A stretch of DNA of 37,529 nucleotides from a virus (IMGVR_UViG_2778261576_000005:1-37529); one strand, 5' to 3'. Numbered from the stretch's first letter, positions 10,293 through 20,547 are shown. Notes: generated by a model not told the origin, from the sequence alone. Program-made: numbers and translations.

Positions 10293-10528
10293 GCCGCTGC
10301 ATTCAGGTCTGCCGGAGACATCTGGTCGACAGAGCTTTGCGGCACTTTCGCCAGCCGCACAATGTATTTCGACACCACATGAGCCAGAAGTCTGACGGAC
10401 TCATCCTGATTCATCTGGTAGGGATACCCCAGCTCGCGGACATCCTTCCCGGTGGGCTCATCAAACTCCAGTACGGAGAGTGTCTCGCCATGAGCAGTAA
10501 TCGGTTTCTTTAACTCAAGCTCTTTCAT
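10259..10528 (-). CDS. Tail assembly chaperone (Mu gp41-like)
   Basis: 89 aa; lies between tube and tape measure; contains the slippery site. Confidence 0.65.
   Translation of the reverse strand: MKELELKKPITAHGETLSVLEFDEPTGKDVRELGYPYQMNQDESVRLLAHVVSKYIVRLAKVPQSSVDQMSPADLNAAAWLVAGFFLQA
10271..10277 (-). other. Slippery heptamer T_TTT_TTC for programmed -1 ribosomal frameshift
   Basis: Minus-strand ggT TTT TTC in the zero frame, 6 codons before the chaperone stop; -1 frame continues as FFPPGLTAEY... Confidence 0.55.
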
Positions 10529-10884
10529 TACTGGTAATCCCCTTCTTCACCGTGGAACTCAAGATCAACCGTGCCTTCTTCGGCATTATGGTTCGCTTCG
10601 CCGTGCAGCCAGGCAGACGACAGTACATAGACCTGACCGTTCGCCAGCTCGGCAGTGATAGTCATCTCATCAGACGAGGTGATTTTGTTCACCGGAAAAT
10701 TCTTCGGCACCTTGAAAGTCCCTTTGACATAAGGCGCACGGTGAGTTTCCTTGCGGTCCACTGAACCGTCCAGGCCGATGATGTCATCATTGACCGTCCT
10801 GTTCATGGGCACCTCAATGCCGCCGGTCAGCGATAGCTGTTGACCGTCAATTTTGAAATAACAGGTTCCCCCGATACGGGCCAT
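10528..10884 (-). CDS. Tail tube protein
   Basis: 118 aa; immediately downstream of the sheath gene. Confidence 0.75.
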   Translation of the reverse strand: MARIGGTCYFKIDGQQLSLTGGIEVPMNRTVNDDIIGLDGSVDRKETHRAPYVKGTFKVPKNFPVNKITSSDEMTITAELANGQVYVLSSAWLHGEANHNAEEGTVDLEFHGEEGDYQ

Positions 10885-12380
10885 TATGCAGACTCCTCTG
10901 AATACTGAAGACGGAACTGGTTAACCACGGCAAAGACACGCAACTGGTTAACATAGTCAGGCGGGAACAGCGTGTTCAGGCGGTTCGGATCGCTGGCATC
11001 ACGCTCCACAACCAGGTACTGCTTAAACAGTTCGTAGTTTTCCACGATCCCCGCACGCTCAAGCTGACGGTAGGTTGCCAGCAGTTCCCCTTTGATCACC
11101 GCCGGTGTGACAATCGCCTGACCGGAACCAAAGCGGGTACCGTCGCTGGCAAGCTTGTGACGCCCGTACTTACTGGTAATGACGGATTTCAGTTTGCGCA
11201 GCACATACGCGCTGGTATGCAGCGTCTCGCTGTCGAGGTAGCTGTTATCCGCAACACCGTAAGCGTTTTTCCTGTACGTGGTGACATCACGCTGAATGCG
11301 CAGCACCCCGCTTTCGACATACGCCGTTGCCACACCATGAGACAGCAGGGTCTGTTGTTCGGTCATCGTGAACCGTTTCCCCTTCGGCGCAGGCAGCATA
11401 CCCACCAGCTCACCGGTCTGCGTGGGACGTGCCGGATCGTTGCGAATAAACACAGCTGCGCGGGCGGTACGGCTTGCCGCCAGCTCGTCGGCTGGCGTCT
11501 GGGTCTCTTTTTCGTACCCCGCCAGGGTGATGTGCTGCTGGTTAAACTGGTCACCTGCGTTCACCAGTTCTGACAGTGTGCCGGTCTTTGCCGTATACAC
11601 ATGACCATACAGCTGACGCGCATAGCTCCAGCGACCGCTGGTATCGTTCATCTCGGTCACCAGCGTGTTAACGGAGGCCGTGTCGTTGAACGGCAGACCA
11701 ATATAATCAAACGGCTCATCCGCCATTGCAGCCACCGCGCCGGTGAGAACCGGAGCGCCCGTTCCGGCGGTCCCCGTCGCCACGGCAATCTGTACGCCCG
11801 CTGGCAGCACTTCGCCCCCACCGAAGCCGTAGTAATTGAGGCTGACAGGAATTTCATTCCCGCAAAGCCCCTTATGGCGAGCGGTCAATGTAACCACACC
11901 AGCCGAAGATGAGGCCGTAAACGGCAGGGCCGGAACGGCATTGATGGCATCCTGGATACTGCTGGCAATCGTCGCGACGTTATCGCCGTTGGTCACCGGT
12001 GCCTGCACGCGGGTACGTCCCACATAAACATTCACCGTGCCGGTTTCGGTTGCTGCCCCGGTCACCGTCAGCGTAACTGTTGCCGCCGCGCCTGTGGATT
12101 CAGGAACGGCAATCACATACAGCTCGCCAAACGGGTCGGTCTGGCGATAAGCCTCGACCATACGCGCCAGCTGACTTCCCGCACCACAAATCTGGCGTGC
12201 ATAGTCTGCCGACGGCATCAGCACCAGACTGTTGGCAATAATCTCTGCACCGTTATTGGCGTGACCAATCAGCAACGATGCCCCGCTGTCCTGTGCAGTA
12301 TTCGCCGCCTGGTTATCCATTTCCGCATAAAACAGCGGAACCAGCGTATTCGACGGAATGGTGTTAAAGCTTATCGTCAT
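10884..12380 (-). CDS. Contractile tail sheath protein
   Basis: 498 aa; size and position typical of Mu/P2-type sheath. Confidence 0.85.
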   Translation of the reverse strand: MTISFNTIPSNTLVPLFYAEMDNQAANTAQDSGASLLIGHANNGAEIIANSLVLMPSADYARQICGAGSQLARMVEAYRQTDPFGELYVIAVPESTGAAATVTLTVTGAATETGTVNVYVGRTRVQAPVTNGDNVATIASSIQDAINAVPALPFTASSSAGVVTLTARHKGLCGNEIPVSLNYYGFGGGEVLPAGVQIAVATGTAGTGAPVLTGAVAAMADEPFDYIGLPFNDTASVNTLVTEMNDTSGRWSYARQLYGHVYTAKTGTLSELVNAGDQFNQQHITLAGYEKETQTPADELAASRTARAAVFIRNDPARPTQTGELVGMLPAPKGKRFTMTEQQTLLSHGVATAYVESGVLRIQRDVTTYRKNAYGVADNSYLDSETLHTSAYVLRKLKSVITSKYGRHKLASDGTRFGSGQAIVTPAVIKGELLATYRQLERAGIVENYELFKQYLVVERDASDPNRLNTLFPPDYVNQLRVFAVVNQFRLQYSEESA

Positions 12381-12534
12381 CGGTGTTCACCTTTTTATTC
12401 ACGCGCCGGATATCACCCGCTGCTTCACGGCGCAGCCAGTAGTTGTTCTCGTCAACATTTCGCCCTTCGGTGGGCAAAAGGTCACCGCGGGCAGGGTCAG
12501 GCACTGACCGCCCTTTAACAGGTTTCACAAACAT
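12364..12534 (-). CDS. Small basic protein (56 aa), possibly the DUF2635-type ORF conserved upstream of Mu-like sheath genes
   Basis: Not in the ORF track (under 60 aa); ATG at 12534, stop at 12364; MFVKPVKGRSVPDPARGDLLPTEGRNVDENNYWLRRE...; weak SD. Confidence 0.4.
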   Translation of the reverse strand: MFVKPVKGRSVPDPARGDLLPTEGRNVDENNYWLRREAAGDIRRVNKKVNTDDDKL

Positions 12535-12542
12535 GAAGATTC

Positions 12543-13103
12543 TCAGGAAGGAAGGGTTATTTCGGTGTGATGTTCGATATCGCCGTCAGGCCCGTTACCG
12601 GGATCGAGATAATCAACATCAATCGCCAGCGTTCGCAGTTCATCCAGACTGTTCAGGTCATCCTGCTGGCGGGTATCGTCTTCGGTCAGCTCGCTGATGA
12701 CCGAAAAATCGAACTGATAAATCAGCTCATGACGATTCAGATCCAGCAGCGTGCCGCCGTCATAGGTAATCGGGTTACCACACGCTTCCGGGTTCCAGCC
12801 CAGCAGAGCCTTAAAGAGCATCTGCCGGACATCGTCCACCACATCATACGAGGCAAACTGACCGCGCTCATCACGCCCGTTACTCAGTATGACAACCACG
12901 GAGAAGCCCTCTTTCAGCTCCTGCCAGTAGTCGGTCTGGCTTTTGTTTTCTCCCGGAGAGTCATCACCCGGTACCACATATGCCGCCGGGAGCTTCAGCT
13001 TTCCGACCTCCGGCAGATTTTTGAACTGGGCCGCGCCTGCCACCCGGTTTTCAAAATACGGACAGCGGGCACGCAGCGCAGCAATAACAGGCGTCAGTTT
13101 CAT
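12543..13103 (-). CDS. Mu gp37-like protein (DUF1834-type), tail/neck associated
   Basis: 186 aa; position between head-tail joining genes and sheath. Confidence 0.55.
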   Translation of the reverse strand: MKLTPVIAALRARCPYFENRVAGAAQFKNLPEVGKLKLPAAYVVPGDDSPGENKSQTDYWQELKEGFSVVVILSNGRDERGQFASYDVVDDVRQMLFKALLGWNPEACGNPITYDGGTLLDLNRHELIYQFDFSVISELTEDDTRQQDDLNSLDELRTLAIDVDYLDPGNGPDGDIEHHTEITLPS

Positions 13104-13606
13104 CTGTGTCGTCGCTCCGGCTTCAGTGATTTACGCAATTCCCGCGCCAGAAAATAGCGTGTCCAGCTGCGGTTCTTTTCAAGAGTTTCCACCATAAAGT
13201 TATTACGTGGAGCCAGCCGCCAGCCGCTGCCACCGGACGCACCACGATGATGACTGCGACGACGTTTTGCTCCTCCCCGGACACCAAAAAACAGAAACGC
13301 CGGATAGAAGTCACCAGAGATCATCCGGTTCCCCTTCCCGTTGCGCTGGTTAGGGGCAATGCGTGTCATAAAACCGGCTCGCTTTTTACTGGCTCTCGGC
13401 ACCATGTAACCAATCGAACGAGCCAGGCGTCCGGTCTGATAACCGGGGTTTTCACCCGGTGCCGACCGCGCACGGCGCATCACCAGCCGACGGGCATCAC
13501 GCATATGACGCTGCCCAATCGTGACAAACGCCCGCCGGACACGGGCGCGGTTAAAGCGCATCTCCGCGGGCTGCTGAACATCAACGTGAAAAAAGGGAGT
13601 CGCCAT
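13100..13606 (-). CDS. Virion morphogenesis / tail completion protein (HK97 gp10-like)
   Basis: 168 aa, basic; overlapping coupling with neighbours. Confidence 0.5.
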   Translation of the reverse strand: MATPFFHVDVQQPAEMRFNRARVRRAFVTIGQRHMRDARRLVMRRARSAPGENPGYQTGRLARSIGYMVPRASKKRAGFMTRIAPNQRNGKGNRMISGDFYPAFLFFGVRGGAKRRRSHHRGASGGSGWRLAPRNNFMVETLEKNRSWTRYFLARELRKSLKPERRHR

Positions 13607-13991
13607 TGCTGCCTCCGTGACTCTGCGTAAATTCGCCCAGTTCCGTACACTCCAGTAGCAGAAAGCGCCGCGCCCCGTTCAGATCGCGCTGACGTTTCAC
13701 CCGGTACACACTGTCATCACAGACCACCTCATAATCAGCAGTGATCCCCCGGCGGTAGCGAATGGTGATGTAATGGGTGATGGCATCTCCGGTCTGCGCG
13801 GTTTCCTGCCAGGTGGTGGCACTGGTCTGGATAACCTTCGCCCATGCCCGGAACGCAACCGGGTATAGAGGCTCCACGCCAAAGTTATCCGCGGGCATAT
13901 CCACCCGCTGGCGGATCAGGACGCGTTTATTCAGTTCGCCGGGGTCCGGCAGAATGTAGGTTGCGCTGGTCTGCGCCTGACGAATTTTCAT
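13581..13991 (-). CDS. Head-tail adaptor / head closure protein
   Basis: 136 aa; position downstream of the gp6-like connector. Confidence 0.55.
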   Translation of the reverse strand: MKIRQAQTSATYILPDPGELNKRVLIRQRVDMPADNFGVEPLYPVAFRAWAKVIQTSATTWQETAQTGDAITHYITIRYRRGITADYEVVCDDSVYRVKRQRDLNGARRFLLLECTELGEFTQSHGGSNGDSLFSR

Positions 13992-14311
13992 AGTGGTATA
14001 AGGCGATAAGGAGCAACCAACCAGTTAAAACTCATTGGCAACTCCATTTTCTCAACGTCTGTAACCGTTGAGCGGTTTTCGTAGAAATGGCTGATAAGCA
14101 TCAGCATCCCCAGACGAATATCATCCGGCAGGTGCAGCCCGTCCGGATCGCTGTCCGGAATGGTTTCATCCGGTGCATAGAGCTTCCGGTTCAGATACGT
14201 TTCCGTCCGCTTTTGCGCCGCACAGGCCAGCAGTTGCAGATGGCGGTCATCAGCATCGAAATCCTCATCCAGCCGGAGTTGGGCTTTAATCTCTTCCATT
14301 GTCAGAAGCAT
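13988..14311 (-). CDS. Head-tail connector protein (gp6-like)
   Basis: 107 aa, acidic; position after capsid gene. Confidence 0.55.
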   Translation of the reverse strand: MLLTMEEIKAQLRLDEDFDADDRHLQLLACAAQKRTETYLNRKLYAPDETIPDSDPDGLHLPDDIRLGMLMLISHFYENRSTVTDVEKMELPMSFNWLVAPYRLIPL

Positions 14312-14313
14312 AC

Positions 14314-14514
14314 TCAGCCCTCTTTACTGGTCGTGGCTTTTTTCTCTTTTGCCGCTTTACTGCTTTTTGCACTGATTCCGCGCTCTGCTAACCCGGCCTG
14401 AAGTGCAATCTCCTGCACCCGGGCAGGAAGCGCCCCGTCGTCATACTCACCGGCCCGAATGACCTCAACACGCATACCGTCCGGTGACCATTTCAGATCT
14501 TGTTTCAGGATCAT
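14314..14514 (-). CDS. Small hypothetical head-module protein
   Basis: 66 aa; tightly packed between capsid and connector genes. Confidence 0.4.
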   Translation of the reverse strand: MILKQDLKWSPDGMRVEVIRAGEYDDGALPARVQEIALQAGLAERGISAKSSKAAKEKKATTSKEG

Positions 14515-14563
14515 GATTCTTCACCCGTCAGAACAGGGGGCGCGGTTCCGCGCCCCTGAGTGA

Positions 14564-15772
14564 TTACGCCGCTGCAATCTTCAGCAGTTTGATGGCCTGC
14601 GAATCGACCAGCATCCCGCCGGTGCGCTTGGTGGTATAAAAACCGACAAACGGTTTATTGGTGTACGGGTCACGCAGAATGCGGGTGCCGATACGGTCAA
14701 CGATGGTGTAACCCCGTTTGAAGTTACCAAATGCAATGGCTTTCGCATCAGCGGCGATATCCGGCATCTGTTCGTTTTCAGCGATACCGTAACCCGCCAG
14801 AGAGGACGGCTGCCCCAGTTCCAGCCCCGGACGCCACAGATAGTTACCCTCGGTGTCTTTCAGCAGACGGATGGCAAACAGGCTGTTGTTGTTCATCATG
14901 AACTTCGCGCCAGTGCGGTGTGCCTTACGCAGCGTGTAAATCAGTTTGATAATGGCGTCTGCGGTCACCGCGGTCGCTTCGCCGGATACAATATGCTGAA
15001 GTTTGCCGAACGCCCGGACCTTGTCGGTTTCATCAGTGGATTCATACGCCAGGAACCCTTTCGGCTTCTTGGTGCCATCGCCTGAGGTAAAGGCAATTTC
15101 TTCCTGTTCGGCAAATTCGGTTGCCAGCTCGCTGTTAATCCAGGCCTCCACGTTGAAGAAGGCATCGTCCAGCATTTTCTGGGTAGCCTGCGGGTTGCCG
15201 TAGATTTCCCCCATGAGAGGTTCAATCAGCTCCAGTCTGGAGGTGGCAGTCTGGGATCGCGTATCCGTTTCCCCCACCCATCCGGAAGCCGTACCGCCCA
15301 GATTCACCAGTTTTTTGTAGTCGGAACCGCCAACGGTGATCACCGTGGCTTCCTGACGCATCACCACTTCATCTTTCAGCAGGTTAAGAATGTTGCGATC
15401 CAGTTCTTCCGGCACGGCGTAGCCACCGTCTTCATCGGTACCCACCTGCAATGCCTTACGCTCCAGATCGCGCAGACCGTCTTCACGGCCTTTACGTAGA
15501 AAGCCCACAAACGCCTCTTTATGCTCGGTGGCCAGTTTATTTTGCGCTCCACCTGCCGGACGTTTCAGCTCAAGCAGCTCTTTTTCAAGGTCGCTTTTGA
15601 GATTTTCCAGCTCGCTGAGTTTTCCGTTCAGGGTTTCCACCTGCCCGGCAAGCTTGCCTTTTTCCTGCTCAATCGCATCCACGCGCTTGTCGTTCTTTGC
15701 TTTGAAGTCGTCAAACTTCTGCTGCAGCTCCTGCGCGACCTGTTCGACATCTTTAATATCAACCGCCATCAT
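14564..15772 (-). CDS. Major capsid protein, HK97 family
   Basis: 402 aa; N-terminal coiled-coil delta-like domain then capsid fold region; follows prohead protease. Confidence 0.85.
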   Translation of the reverse strand: MMAVDIKDVEQVAQELQQKFDDFKAKNDKRVDAIEQEKGKLAGQVETLNGKLSELENLKSDLEKELLELKRPAGGAQNKLATEHKEAFVGFLRKGREDGLRDLERKALQVGTDEDGGYAVPEELDRNILNLLKDEVVMRQEATVITVGGSDYKKLVNLGGTASGWVGETDTRSQTATSRLELIEPLMGEIYGNPQATQKMLDDAFFNVEAWINSELATEFAEQEEIAFTSGDGTKKPKGFLAYESTDETDKVRAFGKLQHIVSGEATAVTADAIIKLIYTLRKAHRTGAKFMMNNNSLFAIRLLKDTEGNYLWRPGLELGQPSSLAGYGIAENEQMPDIAADAKAIAFGNFKRGYTIVDRIGTRILRDPYTNKPFVGFYTTKRTGGMLVDSQAIKLLKIAAA

Positions 15773-15783
15773 ATTTCTCCTGA

Positions 15784-16470
15784 TTAGAAGTTCAGATTTT
15801 TCAGTGCATTCAGTGCAGAGCCCACATCCTCAGCGTCGCGCAGGGACAGTGCGCCATAGCCCCCGGCCATGAATGCTTTGGCCTGGGTACGGGAGAGTCC
15901 GACATCACGCAGGACTCTTTCGATTTTTTTCTGTTCGGGGATTTCCCCGCGGGCCAGCGCGTTCTTGACGTCGCTGATCCGCGCCTCGTCGTTAGACGGA
16001 AACGTCACCAGACTGACTTCCCAGAGGTCGATTTCTTTCAACAGAAAGGCTTCTTTGCTCCGGTCGTATTCCCAGTCTTTCAGGACGTACCCAATAGAAA
16101 GGCCGGTTAACGAACCGGCCTTCATGTGTGCATGTGCGCGTTTTGCGAGGGGATCATCATCAATGAGCAACCGCCCCCTGACGTAAAGCCCGACATCGTC
16201 TTCCTTCATTTCGGTGTAAACACCGATGGGTTCATCCATGCGGTGCTGCCAGAGCAGCGCAGGTAACGCTTTTCTGTCACTCCACGCCCGCAGGGAAGCA
16301 GCAAATGCCCCGGACATCACCACATCATCGTGGCTGTCCTTTACACCAAAGACGGAGCCATACCCTTCAAACTCACCGGAGTCACTGACAGATTTCAGAC
16401 TCAGCGGTACATCAAGACGTTGTTTCGTCTGCATTGGCGTTATCCTTCTGCTTACCGGCTTTACTGCCAT
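15784..16470 (-). CDS. Prohead protease, HK97 family (likely start at 16434)
   Basis: 228 aa ORF; AAGGA SD precedes the internal ATG at 16434; lies between portal and capsid. Confidence 0.8.
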   Translation of the reverse strand: MAVKPVSRRITPMQTKQRLDVPLSLKSVSDSGEFEGYGSVFGVKDSHDDVVMSGAFAASLRAWSDRKALPALLWQHRMDEPIGVYTEMKEDDVGLYVRGRLLIDDDPLAKRAHAHMKAGSLTGLSIGYVLKDWEYDRSKEAFLLKEIDLWEVSLVTFPSNDEARISDVKNALARGEIPEQKKIERVLRDVGLSRTQAKAFMAGGYGALSLRDAEDVGSALNALKNLNF

Positions 16471-17653
16471 CGGAGGGTTTCGTGGTCATGTTCATCGGTG
16501 TGAGATAGACATCCCCACCGGGACGCGGATTCATATCTTCCAGGTCGCGGCAGTCATTGGGAGAGTAAATTCCCCAGTTAATCCCGGTGGCGTAGGCTTC
16601 AAAACGGGACTTCATATCCCCGCGCAGTAACGCCCCGGCGTTAAATTTGGCGTAATAAACGCCCTGCTTACTTTTTCGTACCAGTCCGGTGTTGATCCGC
16701 TGCTCAATGCGGGTCAGATACGGCACCAGTGAATAGTTGATAAATCCGAGCCCCAGCTCTTCGATATTGTTGAAGGTGGCGCGATCGGTGTTCTGCACCA
16801 TGTGCAATGGCACACGGAACAGACGACAAATTTCTTCAAGCTGAAACTTGCGGGTTTCCAGGAACTGGCTGTCCTCTGCGTTCAACGCCATCGACTTCCA
16901 GTCCAGCCCCATCTCAAGGATCATCGGGCGGTGAGCATTGCCAAGCCCGGTGTGACGCTCCTCAAAATCTTTCTTCAGGCGCTCATAAGCCTGATCCGAC
17001 AGCGTCTGCTCTGTACGCAAAACACCCGACGTCACCGCGCCATTGCTGAACAGTCTGGCCCCGTGCTCTTCGGTCGCTGCCGCCAGCGATATTGCCTCGC
17101 GGGCATAGGCGATGGGATTCAGCCCCACCAGTCCGTCCAGCGTCAGCGTACGCACATGCCAGATATCCTCTTGGCTCAGTACATCCGTGGAGCCATCCGG
17201 GAATGTGACCTGATAGATCGGCTCCCAGCTACTGTTAAGCTTCGGTACCACACAGCCGGGATCGACGGGCAGCAGTTCAGCCACTTCGCCAAATGCTTTC
17301 ACTTTGTAGGCGTAAAAGTTTCCCCGCAGGCACAGACAGGTGACCACCAACTCCCAGAACTCCTGCGGCGTCATATAGCCATTGGGATGCGTGGAGATCA
17401 GCTTATGCAGACGTTCGCCAGTGGCTCTCTGCTTCAGGCTGCCGTTCAGGTGATACAGATTGCAGGGCAACATCCCGACCGACTCTGCCAGCACCCTGAC
17501 GCAGGAAAAAACCGCCGTCAGTCGCATGGCCCGCTGGCTGCTGATCTGCTTTCCGGTATAGGTGTCGTATGACAGCCCGATAGCATCCGCCAGCTCTGCT
17601 GGCGTGGTCACCGGTGTGTCACTTTTTCGTTGAAATAATCCCGAAAAGAACAC
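16412..17653 (-). CDS. Portal protein, HK97 family
   Basis: 413 aa; GTG start with GGAGG SD 6 nt upstream; follows TerL. Confidence 0.85.
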   Translation of the reverse strand: MFFSGLFQRKSDTPVTTPAELADAIGLSYDTYTGKQISSQRAMRLTAVFSCVRVLAESVGMLPCNLYHLNGSLKQRATGERLHKLISTHPNGYMTPQEFWELVVTCLCLRGNFYAYKVKAFGEVAELLPVDPGCVVPKLNSSWEPIYQVTFPDGSTDVLSQEDIWHVRTLTLDGLVGLNPIAYAREAISLAAATEEHGARLFSNGAVTSGVLRTEQTLSDQAYERLKKDFEERHTGLGNAHRPMILEMGLDWKSMALNAEDSQFLETRKFQLEEICRLFRVPLHMVQNTDRATFNNIEELGLGFINYSLVPYLTRIEQRINTGLVRKSKQGVYYAKFNAGALLRGDMKSRFEAYATGINWGIYSPNDCRDLEDMNPRPGGDVYLTPMNMTTKPSDGSKAGKQKDNANADETTS

Positions 17654-17835
17654 TATTTACCTCCACCAACAGACATCTGTGTACGGTCGAGATATCGCGC
17701 CACCAGCCACGACCAGAACAGGCACAACGCCCCGGCAACAACAAACCCCGCAGGGGGATAAATCAGCCAGGCACCATACGCCAGCAAAAGCACCCCCAGC
17801 ACGCCCACCAGAGGCGCGAGAATCAGCATGATCAT
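17653..17835 (-). CDS. Small two-helix membrane protein between terminase and portal
   Basis: 60 aa with two hydrophobic helices; GAGG SD; its stop overlaps the portal GTG (TAGTG). Confidence 0.5.
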   Translation of the reverse strand: MIMLILAPLVGVLGVLLLAYGAWLIYPPAGFVVAGALCLFWSWLVARYLDRTQMSVGGGK

Positions 17836-17846
17836 AATTACCTCAG

Positions 17847-19580
17847 TTAAAGCGAGCGGATCCCGTAGGACTCAATGTGATCAGACAGCGTGTCTTCTTT
17901 CTCGTACAGCATGGCTCTGCCAACCGCCATAATCAGCGCAACTGCACCGTCAATTTTGTTTTCCGCCTGCTCTTTGACGGGTTTCACCACATCATCGTTA
18001 CCCGGCATGTTTTTGCCGACCACGTTGCCGATACACCAGGTCATGATGGGATTGCCGTCATGATGAAAGCGTCCCGATTCAATCGCTGCTTCCAGCTCTT
18101 TCATCGGATCGGACATATTGGCGAAGTTCTGGACGATAGTGACGGGATTCAGATCTTCATCAGCAAGGTCATGTGACAGCCCGGTCGCCCCGAAGGGGTC
18201 GATGGGTGACTCACTGACCGGGCTGATTTTGTTCGCCGCTTTGGCCTCCTCGAGGATGTAGCGATAATCCACCTCTGCACCATCGGTAACGGTCAGGACG
18301 CCCATTTCCACCCATTTCTGAAAGCGTTCGGCTGTCCGTCTATCTTCATTTTTCTCGACGCTGTACACCGTGTCATACGGTACCCAGAAGCGCGGGGCCA
18401 CACTGTAGTAATGCGTTTTACCGTCAATCTCGCGGGTATAAAGTCGCGCCATGCTGTTCATATCCAGCTTACGCGCCAGGTCAAAGGCCAGAATGCACGG
18501 CTGCCCCTCGAACTGCTCAAGGGTCAGTGATTTATCCTCGCAGCTCTGCCAGCTCACCAGGTTGAAATACGCCGAACGCGCCGACACCCAGATATTGAGG
18601 TGTTTTGTTTTAAAGACGTTTGCCAGACGGGCGTTATTTTTCGCACGCTGCTGCTGACTTAACAAAAATTCGCGATAAACCGACACGCCAATATTTGGAT
18701 TGGCTTTTTCCAGCACCTGCGGGTCGGTCCAGTCGTCACCTTCATCAACGGTATAGATGATCCCGAACAGTTCATCGTTAGGCACCGAGCCGTTGAGCAT
18801 CTCGATGACTTCCCGCCGCTTGTCGTAGCACGGCCCCTCAATGTTGTACCCGGCGGTGGTGATGGCCCACATCAGTGGCTGACGTCGCGCCCCCATCCCG
18901 GTAAGCATTGTGGTATAAAGCGCATCGGTGGCATGCTCGTGATATTCATCAACCACGGCACAGTGGGGTGATGAACCATCACCTGGGTTGCCGATCAGCG
19001 GTTCAAACCGCGCGCCATCCTCCGGACGGTTCATGTTTGAGGCGTTAACCTCAATCCCGAACGCTTCCGTCAGCATGGGGGTGCGTTTACACATCAGTCG
19101 CGCCGGGCGAAAGACTTCCCACGCCTGTTTCTCTGTCGTGGCACCGGAATACACTTCCGCGCCAAACTCGTTATCACAGGCAAAACAATACAGGGCAACA
19201 CCGGCAGAGATTGCTGATTTGCCGTTCTTACGGGGGATTTCGGTGTACACCTCCCGGAAGCGGCGCAACCGGGTGCCTTTATTGACCCAGCCAAACGCAC
19301 AGCAGATCACAAAGAGCTGCCACGGCTCCAGCGTGATGGGCATCCGTTTGAATGCCCACTCCCCCTTGGTGTGCGGCAACAGCTGAATAAATTTCGCGGC
19401 CCGTTCAGCCAGGTCCTTGTCGAAGCGGTAACGAAACGACTTACTTTTTTCCGCCATCAGGTCATCAAGATGGCGCTGGCAGGCCTGAATCACAAACTGG
19501 CAGGCCACAATCTTTCCGCGCACGACATCACGGGCATACTGATTGGCTGCATTTACGTTGGGGTAAGATTTCCGGCTCAT
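17847..19580 (-). CDS. Terminase large subunit
   Basis: 577 aa; ATGA overlap with TerS stop; canonical position. Confidence 0.9.
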   Translation of the reverse strand: MSRKSYPNVNAANQYARDVVRGKIVACQFVIQACQRHLDDLMAEKSKSFRYRFDKDLAERAAKFIQLLPHTKGEWAFKRMPITLEPWQLFVICCAFGWVNKGTRLRRFREVYTEIPRKNGKSAISAGVALYCFACDNEFGAEVYSGATTEKQAWEVFRPARLMCKRTPMLTEAFGIEVNASNMNRPEDGARFEPLIGNPGDGSSPHCAVVDEYHEHATDALYTTMLTGMGARRQPLMWAITTAGYNIEGPCYDKRREVIEMLNGSVPNDELFGIIYTVDEGDDWTDPQVLEKANPNIGVSVYREFLLSQQQRAKNNARLANVFKTKHLNIWVSARSAYFNLVSWQSCEDKSLTLEQFEGQPCILAFDLARKLDMNSMARLYTREIDGKTHYYSVAPRFWVPYDTVYSVEKNEDRRTAERFQKWVEMGVLTVTDGAEVDYRYILEEAKAANKISPVSESPIDPFGATGLSHDLADEDLNPVTIVQNFANMSDPMKELEAAIESGRFHHDGNPIMTWCIGNVVGKNMPGNDDVVKPVKEQAENKIDGAVALIMAVGRAMLYEKEDTLSDHIESYGIRSL

Positions 19581-20080
19581 GATTCGATAATTTTCAGAAA
19601 CGGGTTAGTGGCTTTCTTCTGCCCCGCCAGGCCAATCAGACGCTGGCGGCTGCTGGGGTCGAGTCCGAGCATTGCCCCCGTGCTGCTCATCTCGGACTCC
19701 TGTTCTTTCTTGGCGGTCAGCTCCGGATTTTTGACCATACCGCCCATTGCACCGGTGATGGTGTTGCCCTGGCTGGCAATATTTTTCACGGCACGTCGCC
19801 AGAACTCATAGGCTACGCACCACCGCTCAAGCACCGCGAGGTCAGTCACGCACAGCAGGCCCTGACCGCAGAGTTCTTTGGTTGTCAGTTGCCACATGAT
19901 CGTGGCGAGAGGGAGATTTTCTTCTGCGAACCACTCCGGTGGCTCAACGCCTTTGATGGGCGTAAAAACAGGTTCATCTTTGTTCAGGGCTCGCTTGCCG
20001 GGGTTTCCGGCCAGCGCCTTGCGCGCCGTTGGCTTGGGGCGACGCCCGGAACGCCCCGCCGTTCCAGCCATATGCGGCAC
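19577..20080 (-). CDS. Terminase small subunit, P27 family (likely ATG start at 20071)
   Basis: 167 aa ORF; basic N-terminus GRSGRRPKP; AGGAG SD upstream of the ATG at 20071. Confidence 0.8.
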   Translation of the reverse strand: MPHMAGTAGRSGRRPKPTARKALAGNPGKRALNKDEPVFTPIKGVEPPEWFAEENLPLATIMWQLTTKELCGQGLLCVTDLAVLERWCVAYEFWRRAVKNIASQGNTITGAMGGMVKNPELTAKKEQESEMSSTGAMLGLDPSSRQRLIGLAGQKKATNPFLKIIES

Positions 20081-20196
20081 TCCTGGTTAAATTTCATTTT
20101 TCGCGGGTATAAAAAAACGATGGGGCGGGCAGTCCGGAAGACGTCAGGCTGCAGGGATTTGACCCGCCCCTCCCCTCAGACAGTTGAGAATTATTA
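20081..20196. other. GC-rich inverted repeat between HNH and TerS; candidate cos / packaging site or terminator
   Basis: ggggcggg at 20122-20129 and cccgcccc at 20163-20170; A-run adjacent; HNH-cos-TerS order is typical of HK97-like phages. Confidence 0.3.
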
Positions 20197-20547
20197 TCAC
20201 TTAAGCCGTTCACGGGCCGTCTTCGCCTTATGACACGGCCAGCACAGACTCTGCAGATTACAGTCGGCATCAGTGCCGCCATGCGCTTTAGGGATGATGT
20301 GGTCAACAGTTTTCGCCTCACGCACCACACCAGCACGCAGACATAACTGACACAGGCCTTTGTCACGCTTCAGGACACGCGCGCGGATACTGTCCCACTT
20401 CGAACCGTAGCCGCGCTGATGACGGGATTGTCCAGGTTTGTATTGCTTCCAGCCTTCGCTTTTGTGGCTTTCGCAGTAGCCTGAAGGGTCTGTGGTTGTA
20501 TGGCGGCAGCCGCGAACACGGCAGGCTTTCGGGGTTCGTGGCGGCAT
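20197..20547 (-). CDS. HNH endonuclease (terminase-associated)
   Basis: 116 aa; DHIIPKAHGG...CWPCHKAK HNH motif plus N-terminal Cys cluster. Confidence 0.85.
   Translation of the reverse strand: MPPRTPKACRVRGCRHTTTDPSGYCESHKSEGWKQYKPGQSRHQRGYGSKWDSIRARVLKRDKGLCQLCLRAGVVREAKTVDHIIPKAHGGTDADCNLQSLCWPCHKAKTARERLK

Noticed and set aside
16802-17572. 256-aa plus-strand ORF inside the portal gene; similar antisense ORFs at 12567-13157, 2411-2809, 5316-5738 and 6423-6920
   Set aside because: They lie antisense to well-supported, tightly coupled structural genes and have Arg/Pro/Cys-rich composition typical of shadow frames in GC-rich coding DNA.
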